Made by a program: the position numbers and the translations under genes. DNA of 40,239 nucleotides from Octopus bimaculoides (taxonomy: Eukaryota): NCBI RefSeq assembly GCF_001194135.2, contig NC_068988.1, forward strand, positions 89,399,258 through 89,439,496, given 5' to 3'. The first letter of the stretch is position 1. The number at the start of each line of letters is the position of its first letter. Under the pieces are notes generated by a model. That model did not search any database, was not told the origin of the DNA, and saw only the letters and a program-made list of their open reading frames with translations. Positions 24,109 to 36,404 of the stretch are shown here, piece after piece.

Positions 24109-24572
24109 GTAACATGAATACGTTTGCTCGTATCCATGTACATAGTTCTATATATCATGATATATCTACTCACATGCAATAATCCTACTATGCATAATAC
24201 ATGACGAATTCATTCTGCAATCAGGTCATCAAAAATGGTCCAATGGTAAAGCTATGGCTTGCGCTTTATTGCCACTGTAGGCATGGAAACACCACATTAA
24301 GCTCATGTCTGAGCGTTGTAAGAAATCGGAAAGAAATTCATGGCTAAACATACACTCATAGAAGTCAGAAGAAAACAACAAAGAGAACAAAGCTGCTTCT
24401 TAACCCCATGTTTCAATAATGTTTTTTACGCAAGTTTTCTAGAATCTGCAAATAACGAAAATGCCTGCTCTGTGAAACTGGAGCTAGTTTTCGGCATGTA
24501 CTGAGGTATATACCACATGACTACTGGTATAATGCTGCCATCGACATCTTTTATCGCCAAAATCCTACCACC

Positions 24573-24699
24573 GCCATCATCATCATCGCAATTCTCCTTC
24601 TCCTTCTCCTCCTCCTTCTCCTCCTCCTCCTTCTCCTCCTCCTACTTCTTCTCCTCCTCCTTCTCCTCCTTCTCCTCCTCCTCCTCCTCCTCCTCCTCC
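24573..24699. repeat. (TCC)n/(TTC)n microsatellite running into a gap
   Basis: Directly visible. Confidence 0.95.
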
Positions 24700-25356
24700 N
24701 NNNNNNNNNNNNNNNNNNNNNNNNNNNNNNNNNNNNNNNNNNNNNNNNNNNNNNNNNNNNNNNNNNNNNNNNNNNNNNNNNNNNNNNNNNNNNNNNNNNN
24801 NNNNNNNNNNNNNNNNNNNNNNNNNNNNNNNNNNNNNNNNNNNNNNNNNNNNNNNNNNNNNNNNNNNNNNNNNNNNNNNNNNNNNNNNNNNNNNNNNNNN
24901 NNNNNNNNNNNNNNNNNNNNNNNNNNNNNNNNNNNNNNNNNNNNNNNNNNNNNNNNNNNNNNNNNNNNNNNNNNNNNNNNNNNNNNNNNNNNNNNNNNNN
25001 NNNNNNNNNNNNNNNNNNNNNNNNNNNNNNNNNNNNNNNNNNNNNNNNNNNNNNNNNNNNNNNNNNNNNNNNNNNNNNNNNNNNNNNNNNNNNNNNNNNN
25101 NNNNNNNNNNNNNNNNNNNNNNNNNNNNNNNNNNNNNNNNNNNNNNNNNNNNNNNNNNNNNNNNNNNNNNNNNNNNNNNNNNNNNNNNNNNNNNNNNNNN
25201 NNNNNNNNNNNNNNNNNNNNNNNNNNNNNNNNNNNNNNNNNNNNNNNNNNNNNNNNNNNNNNNNNNNNNNNNNNNNNNNNNNNNNNNNNNNNNNNNNNNN
25301 NNNNNNNNNNNNNNNNNNNNNNNNNNNNNNNATATATATATATATATATATATAAA

Positions 25357-26424
25357 TAAATCTCAGGGTAGCAAATACGATTTTAGAAATTCTTTTTGCT
25401 ACCAGTGGTCTAGCGGGAAGAAAAAACTAGTCAATATACTATATATCATTTATATAAATACATAGTGTATATTTAAACACATAAGAGGGATGTCCATAAT
25501 AGGACATCTAACTCGCTAGAAGGAGCAATCAAAACTCCAAATCACAATTAAGGATAATTTCGAAAGGGAATGAAAAATAAAAACATTTACCATCTATTTC
25601 CTGAACCAATGGTTTCAAGCTATTTTTAGCAAAATAATATAATTTGCTAGGCCAGCTATCGTCAGCAGGAAAGCCAAGGTTAACATATTAACACGAGGCA
25701 ATACATAGAAAGATGCCTCGTGCTTATATGTTATAATTTTTCATATCTACCGCGCATGTGCGGTTTTCTTATCAGCAGCAAATACAAAAAATGCCGATTT
25801 TCTTCCAGAAATTAGCCAAAAAATCATTATATCATCATCACTAAATCTCAGTTTTGACTGCTCCTTCTAGCGGGTTAGATGTCCTATTATGCCCTAATAT
25901 GGACATCTCTTTTTTGTGTTTAAATGTACACTGTATGTTTTTATATGAATGATATATAGTCTATTGTCTAGTTTTTTCTTCCCGCTAGACCACTGGTAGC
26001 AAAAAGAATTTCTAAAATTTTTTTGCTATCCTGAGATTTATTAATAATGATATAATGATTTTTTGGGCTAATTTCTGGTAAAAAATCGACATTTTTTGTA
26101 TTAGTTGCCGATAAGAAAACCGCACATGCGCAGTAGATATGAAAATTTATAACATATAATTACGAGGAATGTTTCTATGTATTGCCTCGCGTTTATATGT
26201 TAACCTTGGCTTTCCTGCTGACGATAGCTGGCCTAGCAAATTATTTTATTTTGCTGAAAATACATTGAAATCATTGGTTCAGGAAATATATGGTAACTGA
26301 TTTTATTTTTCATTCCCTTTCGAAAATATCCCTAATTGTGGTTTAGAGTTTTGACTGCTCCTTCTAGCGGGTTAAGTGTCCTATTATGGACATCTCTCTG
26401 ACGTATTTAAATGTACACTGTATG
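25357..26424. repeat. Composite inverted repeat A-B-A'-B'-A'(partial) of a ~485-bp unit
   Basis: A 25357-25536, B 25537-25841; reverse complements at 25850-26040 (A'), 26041-26346 (B'), 26347-26424 (partial A'); roughly 85-90% identical by eye. Confidence 0.92.
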
Positions 26425-26979
26425 TATATATATATATTATTCGAAAAGAAAGACTAAAGTGAAAAAGAAACGAAAGCAAGGAAGAGAAGAAGGAATAGAG
26501 AGAATATAGAAAGAGAGGCATTCAATAGAAAAAGAGTATGACTGGCATATTTACTTTTGGCTTCACCTCCCCGGCGAACTGAATTTTGGCATACCTTCTT
26601 CCAAGCTCAATAACGTTACGCACACATACTAGGGCCTATATCATCACCTGCCCCACTCCTGTAAACATTTCTGGCCTGAAGTTTCANNNNNNNNNNNNNN
26701 NNNNNNNNNNNNNNNNNNNNNNNNNNNNNNNNNNNNNNNNNNNNNNNNNNNNNNNNNNNNNNNNNNNNNNNNNNNNNNNNNNNNNNNNNNNNNNNNNNNN
26801 NNNNNNNNNNNNNNNNNNNNNNNNNNNNNNNNNNNNNNNNNNNNNNNNNNNNNNNNNNNNNNNNNNNNNNNNNNNNNNNNNNNNNNNNNNNNNNNNNNNN
26901 NNNNNNNNNNNNNNNNNNNNNNNNNNNNNNNNNNNNNNNNNNNNNNNNNNNNNNNNNNNNNNNNNNNNNNNNNNNNNNN

Positions 26980-27004
<25 letters not shown>

Positions 27005-27013
<9 letters not shown>

Positions 27014-27185
27014 GCACTCTGTTGCTTACGACGTCGAGGGTACCAGTTGATCCGATCAACGGAACAGCCTGCTCGTGAAATTAACGTGCAATGACTGAGT
27101 ACTCCACAGACACGTGTACCTTTAACGTAGTTCTCGTGGATATTCTGCGTGACACATTGTGACAAGGCTGACCCTTTGAATTACA
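27005..27185 (-). mobile_element. Probable SINE 3' portion
   Basis: CpG-rich ~180-bp block between (TA)n tracts, lying 3' (minus strand) of the tRNA-like head at 27385-27520; family assignment from recalled resemblance only. Confidence 0.5.
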
Positions 27186-27384
27186 TATATATATATATAT
27201 ATACACACACTTTCCTACATCTAATCTTTAGATGAAAAACATATATAGCGCTATAGTCAGTTGACGTTTGCATTATATCTTACTAGATAACCTGCACATA
27301 TGATTCCTTTACTATTCTCACATGTCTGTACTGTTCATTAAACTACCTGCCTTCGTCAAATCGACATTACCTGAAGAGTTGCAC

Positions 27385-27520
27385 GGTGTGCTACATTTAG
27401 TGTGTTAATGTGACCGCGGTGCAGCGTCAGGTAAAAGGGTTTTCTTCAGAATGCTGTGCACCGCCCAGTTCGGGAATCGAAACTTCGGTTTCGTGATTGT
27501 GAATACATCCTGACCATTAC
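27385..27520 (-). mobile_element. Decayed SINE head
   Basis: TCACAATCACGAAACCGAAGTTTCGATTCCCGAACTGGGCGG resembles the head of the 24108 and 31892 SINEs. Confidence 0.55.
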
Positions 27521-27566
27521 AACACATACACTCGAATAGAAATTTATCATATGTAATTGCGTGTGT

Positions 27567-27616
<50 letters not shown>

Positions 27617-29088
27617 NNNNNNNNNNNNNNNNNNNNNNNNNNNNNNNNNNNNNNNNNNNNNNNNNNNNNNNNNNNNNNNNNNNNNNNNNNNNNNNNNNNN
27701 NNNNNNNNNNNNNNNNNNNNNNNNNNNNNNNNNNNNNNNNNNNNNNNNNNNNNNNNNNNNNNNNNNNNNNNNNNNNNNNNNNNNNNNNNNNNNNNNNNNN
27801 NNNNNNNNNNNNNNNNNNNNNNNNNNNNNNNNNNNNNNNNNNNNNNNNNNNNNNNNNNNNNNNNNNNNNNNNNATATATATATATATATATATATATACG
27901 AACTTATTTCAATAAACAGGCATTTAATATATGTCTGCTATCCCATCAGTCACTCCCAATTAATCATTCTATTTAAATTACTCAGAAATTCTATACATAC
28001 ATCAAAAATATATATTAGTGATTCACTAATACTTTTTATTATTGATGGCCGATTTTTTTTTTTCAGTCAGCTATTTTATGTTTAATCCATCAGGCAAATT
28101 CCTCTAACGTGTCTTTATTCGTAACGTATGTCTCACTGGCTTTGTACCTCTATATATATCGATCTACTCGACTGTCATACTCATTATACATATATGTTTA
28201 TGATTTTATATAACTATGTACGTTCTGGGGAAGTTGTACATATGGTTGTATACTTTCTTTTATAAGCATTTACTTAGCCTAGATCCTTCTGAGTTGGTTT
28301 CCTTTCCTTTCTTTCTAGTTTTCAAATGTCATGAGGAAGCGTTGGGCGTGGGTTACGTAGACCCTGCGTGGCTGGTAATATTGTACCATTAACGATGAAC
28401 TTCAATTGTTGCCAGTCGACGGCTACTGGAAAACAACTATCAGTATAGTTATTTGTAAAGCGTGAATTTCAGATAACCGATGTATCTTGAGAGGATGAAT
28501 AAACTTTAGGTTTAATGTGAGCTTAAGATGATACAATATGAGCAGTAAGAAATGGACAGATGTTTGTGGTAAGAGTGCATGTGTAAAGCTGTCACAAAAA
28601 CAACCATACTCCAAGGAACAGACTCTATATTAGTAGCAAAGGGAAAGGCGGAAGATCAAAAAGAGCACACTGCCGTCCTGGAGTTGCAATTTACGTCCTT
28701 TGGTGACCCTATAACTTTACATTCCAAATTCCATAATTCCTTTTTTCTGCAATCACCTGTCAGAAATAATTCTACAATGTACAACCAATGGACATTCTAT
28801 CTCAATATGAAAATATTTCGTATTGGAATTTTTAAATTTCCTGTTAACTAAACTTTATGCTGGATCAGCTATGTTGGAACGAACTTAACGCAAATATTGA
28901 ACAAACATTAGATCATTGTTGATTCTATGCTTCGTATCATTAGCTAATCTGATGTGTTAATGAAACATTGAACAAACGTCCAAGTCATTATTACTCTTTT
29001 TTAAATTAAAATTACAAAGATTGCCTTTCAATTTTTACATTGAAACACCATTTTCATATTGAACAAGTATTATTGTTGGATCGTAGTT

Positions 29089-29500
29089 GATTTCATATTT
29101 AACATATTCACTTTAAAACCCTAACAATCATTATTTTCTTTAGTTGATAACATATTTAATATTTTCCCCTGAAATCCAACAATTTCATTTTCCATAACTG
29201 GATTTAATATTTAAGATATTCCCTTTGAAACACCAATTTCTTTTTATTTTTTTAATTTTTTTTTTTTGCTTTAGTGGATTCCATACTTAATAGTTACCCT
29301 TAGAAACCCCAGCAATTTCTTTTCGCTTTCCTTCATATAATATTTAAAATTTTCCCTTTAAAGCCTCCACAATTTCTCTGTTTTAGTTGATTTAGTATCT
29401 AACACTTGCCTTTAAAGCCCTATAAATTTCTTTTTAATTTTACTTGATTTAATATTTAAGATATTCCCTTTAAAACTCAATAGCTCCTCTTTGCTTTACT
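29089..29500. repeat. Degenerate ~55-57-bp AT-rich minisatellite, about 7 copies
   Basis: Recurring GATTTAATATTTAAGATATTCCCTTTAAA..CAATTTC...TTTAGTT; 26-nt exact match at 29201-29226 and 29446-29471. Confidence 0.75.
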
Positions 29501-31600
29501 ATTTAGTTTCTGTGTCAAACATGACATTTTCCTAATGTTCAAAGTCGTTATTTTCATTTCTGTTTACACAGTGATCTCTCGTTTTAATGCAAAATAACAT
29601 CAATATTTTACGACTTTGATATATCGTCAAAGAAGATTCATTCTTGTCATCTGTTTATGACATTTAAATCTTCAAACAATTGAAATAAACCAAGAAAATG
29701 TGACAGAAGAATGAAACAAATTTTCGATTTATTTTTGACATGTAGATTCTTTAACCTTTGATTAAGTGGCACTTATATGAATACCTAGTTCATTGATTTT
29801 TAGAAAATCACCTAATCAATAATCTGAACAATATATATATAATGTTATTTTTTACATTCTAATTTTTGCAAAAAATACTATTCCTCTGTTTGTCTCAAGA
29901 TCAAGAGTGGTGCCAATAACGGCGGGGCAGCAGCAGCAGCAATACTACTAGTGGCATGCGCAGAGACCAATTGTAAAACACGGAGAGAATTTTCACCGCC
30001 ACTGACAATGAACGCACGAAAATAAGAGACGAGATTATGGCCAACAGTGGCCCTTAGGGAGAACAGGATGAATACAAACGATTCCAAATAAATAGAAAGA
30101 TTGATGGGACGTCAGAAAGGTAAATAAATAATTAAATCAATAAATGAATAATTAAATAAAATCCACATTCAGGATGTACATACTTACGAAAGACCATAAC
30201 CAAAAAGAAAACCGCACCAGGAATAATAAATTAGGAATAAATATAAGCATGAAATAAACATAATGAATTAGCAAAGAGAACAGGAATAAAACACGGATAA
30301 AACAATCATGAAAATAAAAGTAATACGCGGTGAAATTCTTGAAGGACAGTTTTCATGGAAAATGGGACTGTGAACTGATGGAGTATGTGAAATGAATCAA
30401 CATTGCTAGAAGTATAAGGAAGTCGGATTATCGGCCTACTACTCTGAAATGCGACCGCTGGACTTGGCCAATTGACTATAATGACTCTCCATTGAGTCTG
30501 AAAGCATACCTACTGTATTTGCGAAAATGCTGAAGGAAGAGATGAAGCCTTTGAATGGGTTTATTTGCGCGTGGAAGAGGTTTCAGGAACTGTGAGAAGA
30601 CCTAAGATACCTTATAAAGAGATGTGTTAGGGCTACAGGTAATAGGTTGAATTTTGAGATTGGATCTACTATGATAGCAGGTAGGATGCTTAAAATTCTT
30701 GGCTCTATTGTTGATGGTTTGTTCTCCTTACCTTCAATCATCACGAGAAGCTAATCCATCCACTATTAACCAGGAATTCAATCCTCACTTGATAGACTAA
30801 AAGGATTCATCTTCTAACTCCTCTGTAAAGACGCGTCTTTTTCCATCCTATCTCATTCACATCTGGATTTTAAAAGCATTAGCTCTAAATATTCTACCCG
30901 TATCTTTTCGATAAAAGAAAGAAACTTCTTGCCTTTACCAATAATCACAGCGGTTTAACTGACAGTCAGGCAAAGCAAGTTTTCAGATCCAAGACATCAA
31001 CGAAGCTTGGCCAAGGTTTTCAACTACAGAAATCTTAATACAGCATTATAAGCAGATATAGATCTGTTACATTATTTAAACAAATGAACCTGAGTCTCAT
31101 CATAATCTCGACGTTCACTGGATCATTTCTCGATTTCAAACCTTAGCGCTTGTCCTGCCTGTTTCAACTATCATCAGCAAGGTCCAACCGTAGAATAGAG
31201 GTAAATTACCACATAAAGTATTGCATTAGAAACACATACTGACTTCTCATGACACATTAACTACTACAACAGCTCTTGTCATATCACTTTGCATGCTGCT
31301 GTAGATGCTATCCATTTGAAGCAGCAAACAACTACAATAAGTGCTGATTCACAAAATATTTGGTGCAACATTCTGAAATGGGTTGCCAATATCAAAAAAT
31401 TTCTTTAGTTTCCTTGCTTGTTTTCTTTCTTGTATTTGGGAAGTGTAATTTCCCCGAAATGTTAAGTGCGCTTTAAACAATGTACGTAAATTAATAAAAT
31501 ATGTTTTCTCTCTGTTTCCATTCATTGATGTCACTATAATTATTTGAATTAATTCTTCACCTGCGTTGCTAAAGGTGTTTTGGATACACGTATGTCGTAA

Positions 31601-31660
<60 letters not shown>

Positions 31661-31715
31661 GTGTGTGATGTGTTTGTGTGTGGGGGGGGTATATCTGTGT
31701 GTGAGTGCACGTCTT

Positions 31716-31752
<37 letters not shown>

Positions 31753-31891
31753 AAATAGAATGAAAAAACTACAGAAGACATTTGTTTTTATACATCCAAC
31801 CACGTGCTTTCACATACTAACTCTCTCACTCAATACACATATGTATACATATACATATATATATATTGAAGTTAAAGCGCATATATAGTGA

Positions 31892-32205
31892 AGGTGCATG
31901 GATCAATGGTTAGAGCGTCGAGATTACGATCGTGAGGTTGTGAGTTCGAATCGCGGACCGGGCTGTGTGTTGTGTTCTTGAGCAAGACACTTTATTTTAC
32001 GTTACTCCAGTTCACTCAGCTCTAGACATGAATTGCGATGTCACAGATTCCAAGCCGTATCGGCCTTTGCCTTTCTCTTGGAGAGGGGAGGCTAGTATGC
32101 ATGGGCGACTGCTGGTCTTCTATAAACAACCTCGCCCGGACTTGTGCCTGGGAGGGTAACTTTGTAGGTGCAATCCCATGGTCATTCATGACGAAAGGGT
32201 GGGGC
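31892..32205 (+). mobile_element. tRNA-derived SINE, near full length
   Basis: A-box-like TGGATCAATGGTTAGAGCG, B-box GAGTTCGAATCGCGG, TGTGTTCTTGAGCAAGACACTT, tail CCCATGGTCATTCATGACGAAAGGG, then (TA)n. Confidence 0.88.
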
Positions 32206-32457
32206 ACAGCGATATATATATATATATATANNNNNNNNNNNNNNNNNNNNNNNNNNNNNNNNNNNNNNNNNNNNNNNNNNNNNNNNNNNNNNNNNNNNNN
32301 NNNNNNNNNNNNNNNNNNNNNNNNNNNNNNNNNNNNNNNNNNNNNNNNNNNNNNNNNNNNNNNNNNNNNNNNNNNNNNNNNNNNNNNNNNNNNNNNNNNN
32401 NNNNNNNNNNNNNNNNNNNNTATATACGTATACACACATATAACATATATACATGCA

Positions 32458-32528
<71 letters not shown>

Positions 32529-32839
32529 GAATATAAAGAGACAGGGGGGATTATTGTGAGAGTCACGTTGAGTGCACTCGTCTTGTTTGGACACATCATA
32601 AACTAGGCTTGAAATTCCGCCTTGCGACTTAAACGATATTGACCTAGTTGCCATCGTAGTCCTAGGTGCATTGTATGAATAAACAATTATGACCATAGTT
32701 GAACTGTTTTAGATTTATGTTTGCTGGATTAGAACTGAATGTGTGCTCCTCTGCAGCAGCAACAAATGCGTCAACCATAAAAGGGTTTGGAAAAATAATT
32801 CCTTGTAAGGTTTCGCCATAACGATGAGGAACTGGAATA

Positions 32840-33900
32840 GTAGTAGGAGGAGGTGGAAAGGAAGCCGAGGAGGGTCATCACTACTGTCATCATCATCATC
32901 TTGTCATTGGTCGTCGTCGTCGTCGTCGTCGTCGTCACCTACTCCCCATCATCCGCCTCCCTCACATCATCATCATCATGTTCATCACCATCATTATTAT
33001 CATGATCGTCAACAATGACTTCATGAAATAATGAACAGAAAATGAACATTAACGGTATAAAAAGAAAAAAAAAGGGATAGCAGTTTCATCAATAATAGCA
33101 AAAATAACATGAAGTATGATGGAGGACATAACGACAACTGATGCAACACAATGAAGTATAAAACATCAACGTCGTTGAAATCTCAAACACAGTAAACAGC
33201 ACAAAACAACAAAAATACCAAAATAAAGAACAATAAAGATACCATCACCACCACCACCAACACCACTACCATCAAAAACAAGAACAATATTAACAACGCC
33301 GTACTGTACCTAGTGAGATGAGGCAGAACGGATAGAATTTAAGGAAATAATATTGATTTTTTTTAAAACTGATAATTAAAATACAAACAGCTACAAACAA
33401 TAATAACGATAACAGGAACAACTTCAAAAAATCTGCAAGCACTACAATAAATTCAGGAAGAAAAAAATATAATAATATAACCTCTTAAAAGAATAGTCAC
33501 GACAAATATGACAACCACTAACAAATCGCTAACAGCAAAAACAAGCCACGAGAAAACATGAACAGGATAAACCAATAAGACATATATAAAAAAAAAATGT
33601 ATAATACAATAAATAACACAATAAACAGAAACACAGTTGCATGGCAAAATATCAACAACAGAAATAATTGTTTTTGTTTTTTTTTTTAAATTAACCACAG
33701 TTGTAACAAAACCAATACCAACAATAGAAGAGTATTTTCTAAAAATGCAAGAATCAAAAACACCATATGTACAGAGATGAAAGAAAGTAGTAAGCAAAAT
33801 CAAATCACCAGAAACCACAACCACGGATAATCTAGAAACAGAATCACCAGAATCAACAGCACAGATATCAGGATTGCTGTTATATACAGCTGCATCAACA
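32840..33900. repeat. Low-complexity (CAT)/(GTC)/(AAC)/(CAC)-rich strand-skewed region
   Basis: Degenerate trinucleotide tracts; ORFs here are compositionally biased. Confidence 0.7.
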
Positions 33901-34897
33901 ACCCGTAGAGTATTCTCTGCAGGAGAGAGTGCAAAATAGTTCCTGGTTGTAAGGCTGTCGTGAAAGGCCCAAACTTCCGATTTCTTGTACAGGACTTAGA
34001 AAAACTGAAGGACCGCTGCAATAGGTGTGTGAATATGAGAGGGGAATATGTTGAATAAAATAATTAATCCATCCTCCTGTATTTTTTTAAGCAACAGCGA
34101 GGAACCTTATAGCAACCCCCTCGTATGGTTGATCGAGCATATATAGGCATGCATACATATAGCGGCGTACGTACACTTTGGTTTCTTATACGTAAGTACA
34201 TATATATATATAAATTGTGTACGACTTTCTTATTCTATCTTTGTTTGTTTGTTTGTTTGTTTCTTTCTTTCTACTTCACACTTCGTTCTTTCCACTTGTC
34301 TTTCTTTCATTCCCCCTCTCTCACATATCCTTCCCTTCCCTTCATTCTTACCTTCCCTCCTATTCCACCTCACTGTCCATTTTCTTTTTTCGCTTCCCTC
34401 CCGAATTCTTCTATCCCTCTGCCTCTACCTCTCTCCTCTTCTTCCACGTGTCCGGTGTTCGGCCAAGCCTGACCTTTCATTCTTGGTTCGACTACCATCC
34501 TTGCAACATCTATATTCCTTCACATGCCTGTCCTCTCTTATGTCCCTGCTGTAAGGCTTCACTTCCACACTCGCAGGCTTAATTTAATTCGTCCTTAGTC
34601 GAGAGACACCTGTTGTTTGCATTTTTATTTGTGTACCATTTCTCAATTTTTTTCCGCCCTTGTTTTCGTATAAATTCGCTGGTCTTTTTCTAAGGAATCT
34701 GGTGCTCTTAGCTTAGATTTTCCTTGGGCCTGGCCAGATTGAAACACTCTCGAGTATAACCAGTCGAAACTGCAAAGATAATCTGGAACTCGACTGACCA
34801 AAGAAAACTCCGAATGACCCGTCCTTGCTTTTCCTTTTCCCTTTTTTGTATTATCTAATTGTCTGGATGGTTTGCGTTCTTGTCCCAATTTTTGCAT

Positions 34898-34903
34898 TCT
34901 CTC

Positions 34904-34948
<45 letters not shown>

Positions 34949-34955
34949 ATCTCTC

Positions 34956-35045
<90 letters not shown>

Positions 35046-35096
35046 TGTTGCTGCATAAAATCAATGATGTATATATATGTATATATATACATACAA

Positions 35097-35152
<56 letters not shown>
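34898..35152. repeat. Compound (CT)n-(CA)n-(TA)n-(GA)n-(TG)n microsatellite
   Basis: Directly visible. Confidence 0.95.
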
Positions 35153-35482
35153 ATGAATGTACACGAATACATATACGCACATAGATACAACATACATGTG
35201 TGCACGCACGCACGCATGCACACACAGACACGCATACATACACACAATGATTTGCATGTGCATAGCAGATAAAAGTACTCAATACAAGTTTTATATTAAG
35301 AAGGATTGATTTTTTTCGAATGTGAGAGAATTGCTAGAAACCGCAGCCAAGTTCTACAGAAATCATATTCGGCTACCTTAAAAGAAGAATCATTCAATTG
35401 GATATCGTTGACCACGATAAAATGTATGTGCATAGATTATGAGTTCTCAGTTGGAATGCCTTTGATAATTGTTCAGACATGA

Positions 35483-35693
35483 GGTGGAAAGGGGGCAGAA
35501 TCGAATGCACGGTGGTATAATGTTTAGTGACATTTCATCCGTCTTTAAGGTCTCAGTTCAAATTCTGCTGAGTTCAACTTTGCATGTCATTATTCCGGAA
35601 CCGATAAAGTAAGTACTAGATGAACATTGTGGTCGATGGAATAGACATGACCCCTCTCACGAAATTGCTGGCCAAGTGCCAAAATTTGAAACC
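35483..35693 (+). mobile_element. tRNA-derived SINE, same family as the 37187-37909 copies
   Basis: GGCAGAATCG..CAGTTCAAATTCTGCTGAG (B-box)..CGATAAAGTAAGTAC..GGTCGAT..GTGCCAAAATTTGAAACC. Confidence 0.8.
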
Positions 35694-36404
35694 GATCTTA
35701 GTTCTGATAGATCAAGCTAGTGAGACCTAAATGGCGAGTATCACACCAATTTTGCTAAGGTGGGATCTTACAAACAGTAGGAAAATATTTCTGTGGAGGA
35801 CGTGGGATTTTTGTGAGAGATCAGTATGATTGAAGGAAATAAGATATTTAGCCAAAATACAGTCCTTAGTAAATTAAAATAAAATGAATATCGTCAGTAT
35901 TAAAATATGCATAGCACATTGTATATCAATGAACAGAACCCTAACTGACGATGCGTGAAGGTCGACTTCCATTGAAGTTCTATTTACATTTTAACATGGG
36001 GAGCCCTTTTGTATGCAAATATCTAAATTAAAGCTGCTGATGGATGGGTTAATATAAAAAAGATATGAATGATGATACACTGCATAAAATTACCTTGAGT
36101 GATTTTTAAACTCATACTCTGTTATATTCCCTTCTTTCGTTATTTATTTTTCAAAACTTGGTGGAAGGGTTTGATTGTAAACTGCGATTCGTTGAAAGGC
36201 GACACCGAGCAGAGAAATACTGGATTTGCGAGATCTGCAACAAAACAACATCAACACATACACTACTACCATGTTTCCACCAACCAACACCTCCTACAAT
36301 TTCTTTAACAAGCAAAAAATATAAGAAAGAAAAACAAAACTGCGTGTAAAACAACTAGTACTACGGAAAAAAATTAATATAAGCACAAGAACAGATTTTT
36401 ATTT

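Larger units (their letters stand above)
801..32420. other. Nine assembly gaps: 801-1137, 4174-4282, 4866-5040, 15978-16780, 17840-18242, 24700-25331, 26687-26979, 27617-27873, 32231-32420
   Basis: N runs; all long poly-X ORFs in the track are artefacts of these gaps. Confidence 0.99.

Noticed and set aside
34775-34830. CTGACCA..CTCC-GAA..GTC as a decayed hammerhead in an unclassified repeat (34230-34890)
   Set aside because: Core deviates at several positions and stem I does not pair.
58-35282. Many ORF-track entries (poly-L, poly-I, YIYI, HTHT, CVCV, ERER, poly-X)
   Set aside because: Translations of microsatellites and N gaps; no coding evidence.
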